Assembly: GCA_030141605.1 (NCBI GenBank)
Contig: JAQGDQ010000124.1
Span: forward strand, 434,001 to 498,000
Direction: 5' to 3'
DNA: 64,000 nucleotides
Origin: Tubiluchus corallicola
Lineage: Eukaryota; Animalia; Priapulida
Position numbers and translations under genes: made by a program
The notes under the pieces: generated by a model
Databases searched by the model: none
Seen by the model: the letters and a program-made list of their open reading frames with translations, nothing else
Told to the model about the DNA's origin: nothing
Shown here: positions 53,096 through 64,000 of the stretch, in pieces
How positions within the stretch are numbered: the stretch's first letter is position 1
Layout: the number at the start of each line of letters is the position of its first letter

Positions 53096-55009
53096 GTAAG
53101 TTTACTCTATCCAGTTAGCATGCAGATTTAAGAGAGCTTGCCTTCGCCTTCAAGCGCTACTTGCTTTAGCTGATGATTAGGGAAATTACTTAAATTCAAT
53201 AACTTGTGATTTTATAAGAAAAAAAGTTGACAAACTTGATGCACAAACAAACTGCTGCATGTAATTAGCGAATTATCGATATAACTGCTAAAGCAATAAT
53301 AGGAATCGCATTTTTAAAATGCAAAATTATCGTATAATGTTCACAATTAAAAACACCACTTTTCCGAGTTGACACATGTTCAACATACTTCGTTCAACTA
53401 TGTTGACAAATAAAGTCTAGATAAAACTTAATTATGTGATATGGTATTCACCTGACTTTTTTCAGTTTGTTTTCTTAAATTTTTACGAAAGCTTTGATGA
53501 CATAACACATACTCCTCGGTGAACCAAATTTCCATTGCCATAAATTTTAAAGATTAATCAATATTATTTATTGATTATTATCTAAAATTTTCCTAAAAGC
53601 AAAAAAAGTTGTAAAACCTAATAAATTCCTGCTAGCATCTGTGTTTCTGTGCGGATTTATAAGCACACCTCCAACCTATACGCAATCTAATAAAGCTTTA
53701 GTCACTACATGTATATTGTCAAAGTTGAAGCTACGATTTTCACATCTTTCTTTGGCGTTTTCGTAACTATTTGTTTCAAAACTAATCACAAAACTCTAGA
53801 GTTCGATGCAACAGTTATGTATGCTCCGTGGAACGCTTATACGGTCCTATACAGAAGTGACAGGACGAGAGATATGGGTGTTCTGGAGAGCGCTACTCTA
53901 TATTTAAAATATAAGATTTTAAATTATAGGCCTTAAAAAAGAAATCATGTATCGCAACGTCTCTGTTGGAAGTGTTATTCAAATAGTTGAAGTTTGGCGT
54001 TGGTAACTCTCACTACTAACACCTCAAGAACACGCTAATATTATGTCGAAATATTGTGTTTTGAAATCAAGAAGTATTTGACATCAAAAAGACTCTTCAA
54101 GCTGGAGAAACAGAGAACAGATTATCTGAAATCAATAATGATGTAGAAATGTTTAAATAATGCTGCCCCATTATATTTGAGTTAGAACTTTTGGTTTGCT
54201 ACAAATGTTTATAACCGCGTCACAAGATCACAATTATTGAATCAGCTAGGCTCTATATGTAAATGTTGTTAAGTTTGAGCATGGTAAGCGTACATTTTAT
54301 AACTCTCAGACTGTGCGTCGGAACACTCTTCCAAATCATACGAAAGACGCATCATCTTTACATACTTTCAAAATATTTGCTAAAACTTATTTTTCGTGTA
54401 TGGAATAGCCCAATATCACTTACAGTTATAATCCATATTGCTGTATATTTATCCTGTAATTAACTTAGTTTTATGGTTCTTTTAATGCTAGATATCATCA
54501 CCTGATTCTCTTAAGAATCATAAACGCAGCTATTGTAACGAAATTGTATGGATGAAATGTATATATCTATATATTATGAAAATATATGTAAATAACTGAG
54601 GACCTCCTTGGAAAACAGTGCTAGTCACTGAAGGTGCTAGCCTCATAAAAGATTACTATAAATAAAAAAATGAATAAACCATGCCAAATTCTTAGCAAAA
54701 GACAGTTGTACAGATATTTGTAATGCCTAAAACGTATAAGTCTTCTTTATCAAATGTCTTCAGATTTACTGCTGGGGAATTACAAGCCTGACGGCGCTGT
54801 TTTGAAGTTATCTTTGCGGAATTCATGAACTCGTGTGAATACATTGAAGTTTTTTCTGCGACTACGTTATGCTTGTTTTCTTAAGCCATATGAAAAGCAG
54901 ACTCTGCAGACAACTTTGATGTTTATTCATAGAAATCCGTTCATCAAAGATATATTTGGTTGCCTTTCGTATCGCTTGGTTTCGCACAATCACTAATTTT
55001 ACAAAGCAG

Positions 55010-55310
55010 TAACATAACATAACATAACATAACATAACATAACATAACATAACATAACATAACATAACATAACATAACATAACATAACATAACATAACAT
55101 AACATAACATAACATAACATAACATAACATAACATAACATAACATAACATAACATAACATAACATAACATAACATAACATAACATAACATAACATAACAT
55201 AACATAACATAACATAACATAACATAACATAACATAACATAACATAACATAACATAACATAACATAACATAACATAACATAACATAACATAACATAACAT
55301 AACATAACAT
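55010..55310. repeat. (AACAT)n pentanucleotide microsatellite (60 perfect units)
   Basis: Directly visible. Confidence 0.98.
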
Positions 55311-55365
55311 ACCGGACATAACTGACAAAATGTGTTTAATTAATACAATTTATTCATAATCTTAA

Positions 55366-56023
55366 AGCACAAGAAAACCCTCCACTTACATAAAGCTTAA
55401 GAAATTCGTCTTGAATTTTTATACTACTTACATACTGGCTTTTTGCATAAAGGATTTGCGTCGGCAATAACGCCATATGAAACATGTAAATTTAACTCCC
55501 GCAGTGGCTGTTAGATGCAGCCATTTTGACAATAATTCATTTGAAACAAGTTTAGATAACACCGAGTAAAGTTTGAAAAAATAACCAGAGCACACGTCAC
55601 TAACTAAGTAAAATTTTAAATTACTGTATCTTGTCAATAAGATTAAAAATACGTTTTTGGCTAGTGAGTGGTGTACCCTGGAGCGTGAGTCCGCGACATT
55701 TTACCAATTGGTGAAAGCATTTTGAATAACTGATAATTTTCTTTTCTAGTTTCATAAGTCTTTCCAGCAGGTAAGCGAAATAATAAGTAATATAACTTTG
55801 CATGGAAAATTTTTTAGGACATAGTTTAACATTTCCTTTTCTTCCCCCTGACATATGCTGTGCGTATATGACGTCATGTAATGGCGCGGTCGGTACGGTG
55901 TTTTAAAATGAAAACAAACAAAAAATCCTTTAAACGCAAGTACGATATAAAATGCTATAAAGTAATATAATTTTTAAGGCGATTTTTCTGAAACCTACTT
56001 CAGGCACCTCCTTTTCTTTTCCC
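55366..56023 (+). mobile_element. Kolobok-like element, family B copy 2
   Basis: TTAA-flanked; same termini and internal blocks as 8953-9663. Confidence 0.75.
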
Positions 56024-56779
56024 TTAAGAATATATTTATACATATCGTAAATTTGATGTAATATTTTGGAATTTAATTTACATTGTTTTCTTTTTACAGC
56101 GCAGAACAAAACAAAGCGCGGAACAATGCTTTTGCGGGGCGTTTCTTTGTTCTTCTTGTTACTTATACGATGATTCTACGTATTATAATGATCGTATTTC
56201 TTTATACAGGTGTGCAGATACACGTGTACGTAAATGAAATTTAGCAGAAAGTTGGGTATGTCGAGGAATTGAAAAATATTGAGATATCAATTCGAGTCAC
56301 TTTTAATTCTGTCCGTTTCACACATACTTCGGAAAGTTTTTTCAGCTAGAAAGACTACACAAAAGCTAAAATTAAAAAACCGCGCACATGATGATTAGTC
56401 ACCCGTAGTTTTTGAAAAATTCCTGAAGTATACAGTGACTTCTTCACAGCCAACTGCTTACCAGTAAAAATGACAACATAATTTCAGCTTAGAAATGAAA
56501 AACTAGATCTTTTGAATAGATTGCAAACCATCCTTCCACCATTATAGGTAGACTGTAAAATTATGAAAAATTAATGTCAGCTTATCTACGACGTCATAAA
56601 CTAATACAACACACGTTTATAGATGCTCCTCGTGTATTTATTATTTGAAACTGTATATAGACCACATGGTCTATGGCCCTCTATATGATAGTCACTCTGC
56701 TGATGTTGTATTAACTTATATAATTTATGAAGATTTTCGAATAGGATTTGGCTCTGTCAGTAATCAAGAAATTGCGGGG

Positions 56780-57870
56780 AAATTAACAGGACATGGCACT
56801 GACGAGGAACGTAAAGCTAGCTAATTTTTCTCTGAGGGAAATGAAATTTGTAAGAAAGATAAGAGCAAGAATAATAAATGTCACTGAGAACTCAGAGGTA
56901 GTTCAAGACTGTGTAATGGGTCCGCTGTTACTTTTGCTTCTCTTTATACGAAAACAATATCAGTAATACTGGATATTCAAACGGGCGTGAAGTATGTGTA
57001 GAAGTACATCTAATGGAGTGTACATCATAATAATGGTAGTATCCAAGGCGCAACTAGCTGTATACGCAACTAAATGGTCTTACAAAAGACCGTCAAAGTG
57101 TATATAGCTGTCAAACGGAAAAATGTTATTCTATCTGTCCTGAATGGAATTACTGATTTATGAATTGATATTAGCCGACATTCCATTCTTTTTGTAGAAA
57201 TCCTTGTGAAAAGAGCAAACAAATCGTACGATTAAATTGATGATGTCACACTTATTTTTGGCGGTACACTTACGCGTATGTTTTAAAACAAAGATTTCTG
57301 CAAATGTGGTAAAATGGATCAACGCTGTACACTGGGCAATGAGCTTCTGACTTTATTAAAATAACAAAAACTATATAAACTGTTTTCCTTTTTTATTAAT
57401 AAAGGAGAGGATAAAGCAGCGTATTTACAATAGTTTGTTACATTTAGTAAAGTCTGCGGCACTTTGTCTAACATTAGTAAGTGTACGAAAACCTTAACCC
57501 ATTTTACTCCGTTGCACACATATCAAAAGTTCTACACTGTGATTTTTTTCCCTCTGGATTGATACTGCAGTTCATTCGCGTTTACTACTTTTAATGATCA
57601 AGCGTTCGGTGGACAAGTGGTCCAGACTGCAGACATGGCTAGTAGTTGCAGTCTTGGGTTCGAAACTAGAAGCTGCGAACGTTAGGGCATATACATATCT
57701 TGTACATGTTATTTGTGCTTTATTCATGTATTATAGTAAATCGTTAAGCCGCTATTAGTGCGAATGCTGGCATAATCGACGGTAAGTGAACGTCTGTTTT
57801 TTTGGTAGAATTTTCTTTGTTCAAGTCTTTACGTCGTGCTATAATGTTCCAATGTTCTAATGTAAACATG
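56780..57870 (+). repeat. ~1.1-kb direct duplication, copy 1
   Basis: Colinear with 62301-63395 from aaattaacaggacatggca to gctataatgtt..aatgttcta. Confidence 0.9.
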
Positions 57871-58939
57871 TTAAACTCAGCTTGAGCCGTTGAAGAAGCA
57901 TTATTATGAAAATCTGGTATGAATTGTATGCATCTAAATGAGTTCTCTAATATTGATTTTATTGTGGGTACCACAATAACTTTTCTTGCCGTTCTTTGTT
58001 TTTTGTTAATACTTAATAGCATAGCTTTTTGGTGTACAGTTACTATGCTAACATTATCAACACTTGACTGAGGTTTTTGTTAAACGTGTTTATGCTGGGA
58101 TTATGGACTTTTACAAATACTATGTAATGCGTGCATCGCAGCTGAAGCTTCTTCATTATAGCCTAAAATGTCACAGTCAACTTAAAAAAACGGATTATTT
58201 ATACAAAACAGGGATTTAGTCATGTCTGTATTTCCAAAAAAGCAATTTTGTTCAGCGACGGAAAATTAACTCGTGTCTATCCAATAGATGGTTAAAATAT
58301 ACATAGAATATGTCCACTGTCAGGCTTATCAACGTCGTTAAACGATGATAGGAGAGCTTTTAAGTTTGCGCGCAAGATCGTGCTCATGATAATTGTTATC
58401 AACCCTATAACAAATCAAAAGCATTTTTAAACAGATACAAGTTCTTGCGGAGTAATCAGAATGCAAATATTCAAATGAGTGTGATAAAACTTATTTTGTT
58501 GTTGTCCCTACGAATTAACTTGTAAACTGTTCATAATAGAAGTTTAATGCATTATTTCCAGATTGTAATTAAGTCATTTGTTTAAAAAAATGAAGTGTTG
58601 TGATCCCCATTCTTCTGATATTAACACTGTGCACTCAGCACTTGCACCGTGGAGATACCTGCATCAGACGTAGTCTGTATTGTAAATTCACTTTAAATAA
58701 ATAAACTTCGTACAAACACTAAACTTATTTTGTTATACAAGACGCCAGTGATATTGTTTTAGCCGTATAAAAAATTCATTTGACAAAAGGCAATTATGGC
58801 TATCAGACGAAAATTGTAATTGCTAATCAAATTATCTTAAACAATAACAAGAATAATTGCAAGCAAAGGCATCTTATAAAGTGATCGAACTGACCAGTGA
58901 CTCTAGTCTGAGCCAAAAATTGTGATGGCAGATGCTGCT

Positions 58940-58954
58940 GTGATGATGATGATT

Positions 58955-58985
<31 letters not shown>

Positions 58986-59043
58986 CGACGATGATTATGA
59001 TGATGATGACGATGATGATGATAACGATGATGATGACAATGAT
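58940..59043. repeat. (GAT/GAC)n microsatellite
   Basis: Directly visible. Confidence 0.9.
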
Positions 59044-59489
59044 TTTGACAGTGACGAGAAAACAATAATTTCGACAATGATCAATAATATTTTTTTGCAA
59101 ATAATATTCTTTTGGACGCGTACAACAACATCTTCAAGTTAATTTTCGTGATTCGCCTATATAGTTGCAAGGACTTTACTTTGTAGTTTTTAGAACCGGC
59201 AAGAAGATTAGGAAGCACTTTAGCTTATAAAAGCATGGAAGTGTGATTTCTTCATTAACGGCCTTTTCGTCAAATCGGGCTGTCATGCAATGTATTTTCT
59301 TCAACTACATTTTTAGTATGTCAACTAAGCTCCATGCAGAATATAAGCAGTGCAGAAAAGCGAGCTAATTACACATATACACATATCTGATGTGTTTATT
59401 CATACATATACCCAACTCATATAACGGCATAATTATCATGTATAAGCATGGAATAGAGTGCTACTCGATACTTCACAGTAGACTCGCCC

Positions 59490-59912
59490 GGTGAAGGATT
59501 AGGGCATGGGCTTTACGGGCTGCAGCTCAGGAGCCTCCGCTAGCTGATGGGACTCCAGAGATTAAGTGAAATTAATTTACAGTGAAAACTTAAATAGTAC
59601 TAATAACGGTATGATGTAAGTTAAAATACCAGTAATGTATTTATTGTAATTTGTACGTATTATATTAAACTTTAATATTTCAAAAACTTATTTTAATTTT
59701 GTAAATATCAAAATTATCGAAATACATCTTCTTTTTTGTTGTGTTAGACTTACACCTATCCATGTGGGCCTAATGTTGGCATTATGTTGTTGAAGTTGAA
59801 TTAACTGATTTGAGGAATCCAACATTCATGTTTTTTTTAATTGTCACTGATGGCCGGGGCATCACAGTACCTGCAGCCCAGGGGTCTACAAAATCATCAA
59901 AATCCGTTCATG
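59490..59912. mobile_element. Degenerate hAT-like MITE
   Basis: GC-rich ends (ggattagggc..gggctgcag / ctgcagccc..aatccgttcatg) around an AT-rich core. Confidence 0.4.
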
Positions 59913-60710
59913 AATCATCCACGTATAGAAATTATGGTCAAAGGCTGAATGTCTAACGACCTGCAAACGTGGTTCAGACTTCAATGAAACACGTAAACCT
60001 GCGTCAACTCATGTTTTAACTGCAACAACTGACCACATTTCCACAGCAGCTAAGTTGCGGCAGTACAGTAGACAATGGCGCACTTCAACTAATGACATGC
60101 ATGAATTATTGCAAGTCTAACATTTGATATTTGCTGTTATATATGCATTATTATTTACGTTTTAGCCAGTCAGAAGTGTAGAATTATTCCTAATATTAGA
60201 CTAGAGTTATTGTTACGATATGAAGGAATGTAGATTTAAATCCAATCACGACCACCAGACATCATTCTTCAATTATCCACTCTGCACGCTGCAGAACTGA
60301 TTTGCAAGTAGCTGTTGTGGTATGAGCCAAGTGCTATCGCATAGTTTTATTACCACAGGGAACTGTTCCTAATCGTCCATTAATATTTTCATCAGAGCTC
60401 TCTTTCATATCATGCGCTCTTGTCATTGTTAAGCAATGGTCCATCAATAGAGCTATTCTGGCGCGAGCGAATAATATGTTGATGAATTGCAACCACCAGA
60501 AAAGCCTTTCAGTTATGACCTTTACAAAGTTAATGAGGAATATTAGTGACAGCTGGTAAAATTTTTCATTTAGTAAGCTCTAAAACTCTTCTAACACAGC
60601 CATAATATATAGGAGAATCTTCTCGGCCGATATATTCCAGGTTTGCATTATGCAGCAAAACTCCTAATTTGGGCGTCAGTGCTATTAATTTATTTTCACT
60701 TTAAAACATA

Positions 60711-61154
60711 CGCAGGGAATATTTTGGCACAAAATGAATGAGATTCGCAATCCACATCTATAGAATTACATGTATCTTGTCTATTGGCGAGCCGTTCTTT
60801 TTGACATTGTAATTGAATTATGTCAGCTTTCTGCTATTTTAACAAAGAGTGTGTAAAATTTTCAAATTTCAAATGACCGAAATCAAATAGTTTAAGCTAA
60901 AAGTTAATTACAAATTATTACCAAGGAATTTGGTAATAATAATAGTTCCTTGTCAATAATTTTAAATTGACTTTTAGCTTAAAGTATTTAATTTCGGCCA
61001 TTTAAATTTGAAGACTTTACACACTCTTTACTAAATTAGCAGAAAGCTGACGTAAATTACGATGCCAAAAAGAACGTCTAGTCGATAGACAAAATCCATG
61101 TAATTCTATAGTTGCGGATGGTGAATTTCATTTTGTGCCAAAACATTCCCTGCG
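60711..61154. mobile_element. Foldback MITE (about 210-bp imperfect inverted arms, TA TSD)
   Basis: ta|cgcagggaat.ttttggcacaaaatgaa ... ttcattttgtgccaaaa.attccctgcg|ta. The arms pair almost to the centre (about 60930). Confidence 0.88.
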
Positions 61155-61689
61155 TATAGAAAGTGTGTGCTCACTCTCATATTTTGTCAATGAGAAACAT
61201 CCTTTTTGGGCCACGCTTGTACCCTAAATGTTTCCAGATTTTATTAATAATAATGGGTCTAGCATCGTAACCAGGTGTAACGTCGTAGCAAAGCGTCACG
61301 ATACATTTGGCTTATTTTCTTCATATGACGTCATTTATGAACTATTTTTGGCACATATCCCTTGGCCTAAAATTCCAACTATTCACATTGTTATAAGTGT
61401 ATGTGAAACTTAGGAAAGGTTTGTGCAGAATAACTCAAAATCGTCGTTCTCTCAGAAGCTTCAGAAAATATTGTAATTTCTGTCTACATACTTTTGTATT
61501 TCCATACCTTATGGACATATCACTTTCAACTTCTCAAGCCTAAAGTTTCTAATGTAGCACAGCAAAAATGCTATTATAATCTTGCGTTTCATCCATTTCT
61601 TTCAGTAGTACGTCTTCATTGATTTTATAAAATTCTATTCTTTCTTTAGTATAATTTAGTAGAAACAAGACCACCTAAGTACTGCTTCC

Positions 61690-62302
61690 TAACTTTAAAG
61701 AAATTCGAAAATTTGTGAAGTAGTTTTAGATACAGCGAATTGTGTCACTGCATTTCACAGAACATATCACGCTGTATAACACATTGTATAGCGCTGTATA
61801 ACACATTGTGGGCAGCATTTGTACAATGATTTGCCAGGGGAATATTCACATTAACTTCATTGTTTGATATCCTACCAATTTCGCATCCGTATAACAAAAT
61901 TGGTAGACAATATGTATTGATCAGAGTCTTAGCTACTATGTAATTACGATTGTGGCGCATACTTGAGAGAATATTATTCACTTGTCAAAATATCACAACC
62001 CAAATACTTTACTGTCTGTCTCCAGATCAGCTGTTTACCGCAAAAACAGATTACACCCTCTCCAGAAAAGCTTTTGCTAGAATAAAGAAGCCATGTTTTG
62101 TTAGGAATAAATGAGATACTCCATTCTGTACCATCCATATTTTTCACAGATTTTAAATTAAGCATTTCAGGTAAGTGTCTACATGACCCTGACAACAAGG
62201 CGATGTCGTCAGCATACATGACAGTGCCTATAAAAGTATCTGCCACATAACAACCACAACCAGCTGAACGCAATTGACGTATAAGGTCGTCCGCATATAC
62301 AA
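61690..62302 (-). mobile_element. Degenerate L2/CR1-group LINE RT fragment
   Basis: YADDLIRQLRSAGCGCYVADTFIGTVMYADDIALLS..VKYLG, then frameshifted KTLINTYCLPILLYGCEI. Confidence 0.85.
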
Positions 62303-63395
62303 ATTAACAGGACATGGCATTGATGGGGAACATAAAGCTAACTTATTTTTTTCGGATGGAATTGAAATTTGTAAGAAAGATAACAGCAAGAAAGATAACT
62401 GTCACTGAAAATTGTGGGGAAATTCAGGACTGCGTAATAGCCCCGCTGTTACTTTTTTTTATACGAAAGCAATGTCAGCAATACTGGATATTTAAACGGA
62501 TATGAAGTATGCGTTAAAGTACATTTAATGTGGTGTAGATCATAATAATGTTAGTATCCAAAATGCAATTAGCTGTATACTCAACTAAATGGTCTTACAA
62601 ATGACATTTAAGAATTTCTTAAACACTTGTGCAATCAAAACTTATAGCTGTCAAATGGAAAATGTTATTCTATTTGTCCTGAATGGAATTACCGATTCAT
62701 GAATTGATATTAGCTGATATTCGATTCTTTTTGTAAAAATCCTTGTGAAAAGAACAAACAAATTGCACGATTCATTTGATAATGCGAAAATTATTATTGG
62801 CAGCATGTTTTAAAACAAAGATTTCTACAAATGCGGTAAAATAGATCACAGCTGTACACTGGGCACTGAACTTCCGACTTTATTAAAAATAACAAATAGT
62901 ATATAACTGTTTTTCTTTCTTTTTGCAAACAAATTAATAAAGGAGAGGAAAAAGCAGTATTTACAATAGTTTGTAAGTCTGCAGCACATTGTCTGACATT
63001 AGTCTGTGTACGAAATTAGCTCATTTTACTCCCTTGCACACGTTTTCAAAACCTCTACACTGTGATTTTTTTTCCTCTGGTTCGATACAGCAATTCATTA
63101 GCGTTTACTGCTTTTAACGAACAAGCGTTCTGTGGTCAAGCGGTCCAGACTGCAGACATGGTTAGTAGTTGCAGTCTTGGGTTCGAGACTAGAAACTGCG
63201 AACGTCAGGGCATATATCTTGTACATGTTATTTGTGTTTTATTTATCTAGTATAGTTAATCTTTAAGCCGCCATTAGCGCGAATGTTAGCATGAGCGACG
63301 GTAAATAAACGTCTGATTTTTGTTTTTTTTGGTAGAATTTTCTTTGTCAAGCCTTTGCGTCGGGCTATAATGTTCTAATGTTCTAGCGCAAGCAC
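62301..63395 (+). repeat. ~1.1-kb direct duplication, copy 2
   Basis: See copy 1; it abuts and truncates the LINE fragment at 62302. Confidence 0.9.
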
Positions 63396-64000
63396 ACACA
63401 CACACACGTGTGTGTGTGTGTGTGTGCGTGCGTGTGCGTGTGCGTGTGCGTGCGTGTGCGTGTGCAATTATAATTAAAGAAGGACAACGTTAATTTACCG
63501 TTTAATTGATTTGCAGTCAGACCTTGTTACAACGCTCCCTTTTATAGTGCTAGTTCCTTTAACGCTCAGTTTTTTGGCAAAACAAAATGTCTATATTTCT
63601 TTAGACATGTATGTATTAATGAACTGCGTTGTAGTGCCAAACTTGTTTAACGCCAACTTTCTCAGGAGTCCCAAAGAGGTGTGACTGTAGTCTCTCCCAG
63701 TGGTGTAACAAAAGCTTGAAAAAATGTGAAACGTGCAAAATTAAAATGCAGATTTTACGCGAATGACTTTAAAGCATCCTTTCTGATGTTTTTACTTTTG
63801 TTTAAGTAATTAGTCAGCAGCGACCTGCACCTTTCTGCTCACTCGTTAATTACAGGTAATTTTCGTTGCCATTCTGACGCAGGTTGTGTTTAATTCAGGT
63901 GTTCCGTAACTAACGGCTGGTAAATTACACGTACGCAGGTCAAGTTTCTTCTTAAGTTCAGGTAACAGTAAAAATAAACTTTTTAATTAAACCTTATGCA

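Noticed and set aside
63856-63925. cag|GTAAT as the GN-starting second exon of the GPCR
   Set aside because: It reads GNFRCHSDAGCV* with no TM1/TM2 continuation.

Overview
AT-rich, microsatellite- and transposon-dense DNA from an invertebrate animal (GT-AG introns, LINEs, SINEs, MITEs). A trissin-receptor-like GPCR exon hints at a protostome. Most ORFs in the supplied track are simple-repeat or chance ORFs. By hand splicing I can rebuild the following. (1) A complete 8-exon + strand gene (6622-17686, 407 aa) for a type I membrane protein: signal peptide, Pro-rich N-terminus, two unusual 8-cysteine Sushi/CCP-like modules, one TM helix and a tail carrying Tyr, PPxY and PDZ-binding motifs. It sits head-to-head with a possible second secreted/membrane gene on the - strand (first exon 5499-5565). 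(2) A compact 2-exon gene (35199-36320, 343 aa) for a basic-acidic-basic, probably disordered protein with six 11-aa repeats and a TGACG-rich upstream region. (3) The first coding exon of a trissin-receptor-like class A GPCR (52939-53095), whose remainder was not found in the window. The rest is mobile DNA (RTE, Rex1/Babar-like, L2/CR1-group and I-group LINE remnants, a pogo-like deletion derivative, Kolobok-like TTAA elements, a foldback MITE, Helentron-associated-like elements), minisatellites and microsatellites. All family assignments come from motif recognition by eye; no database searches were run.
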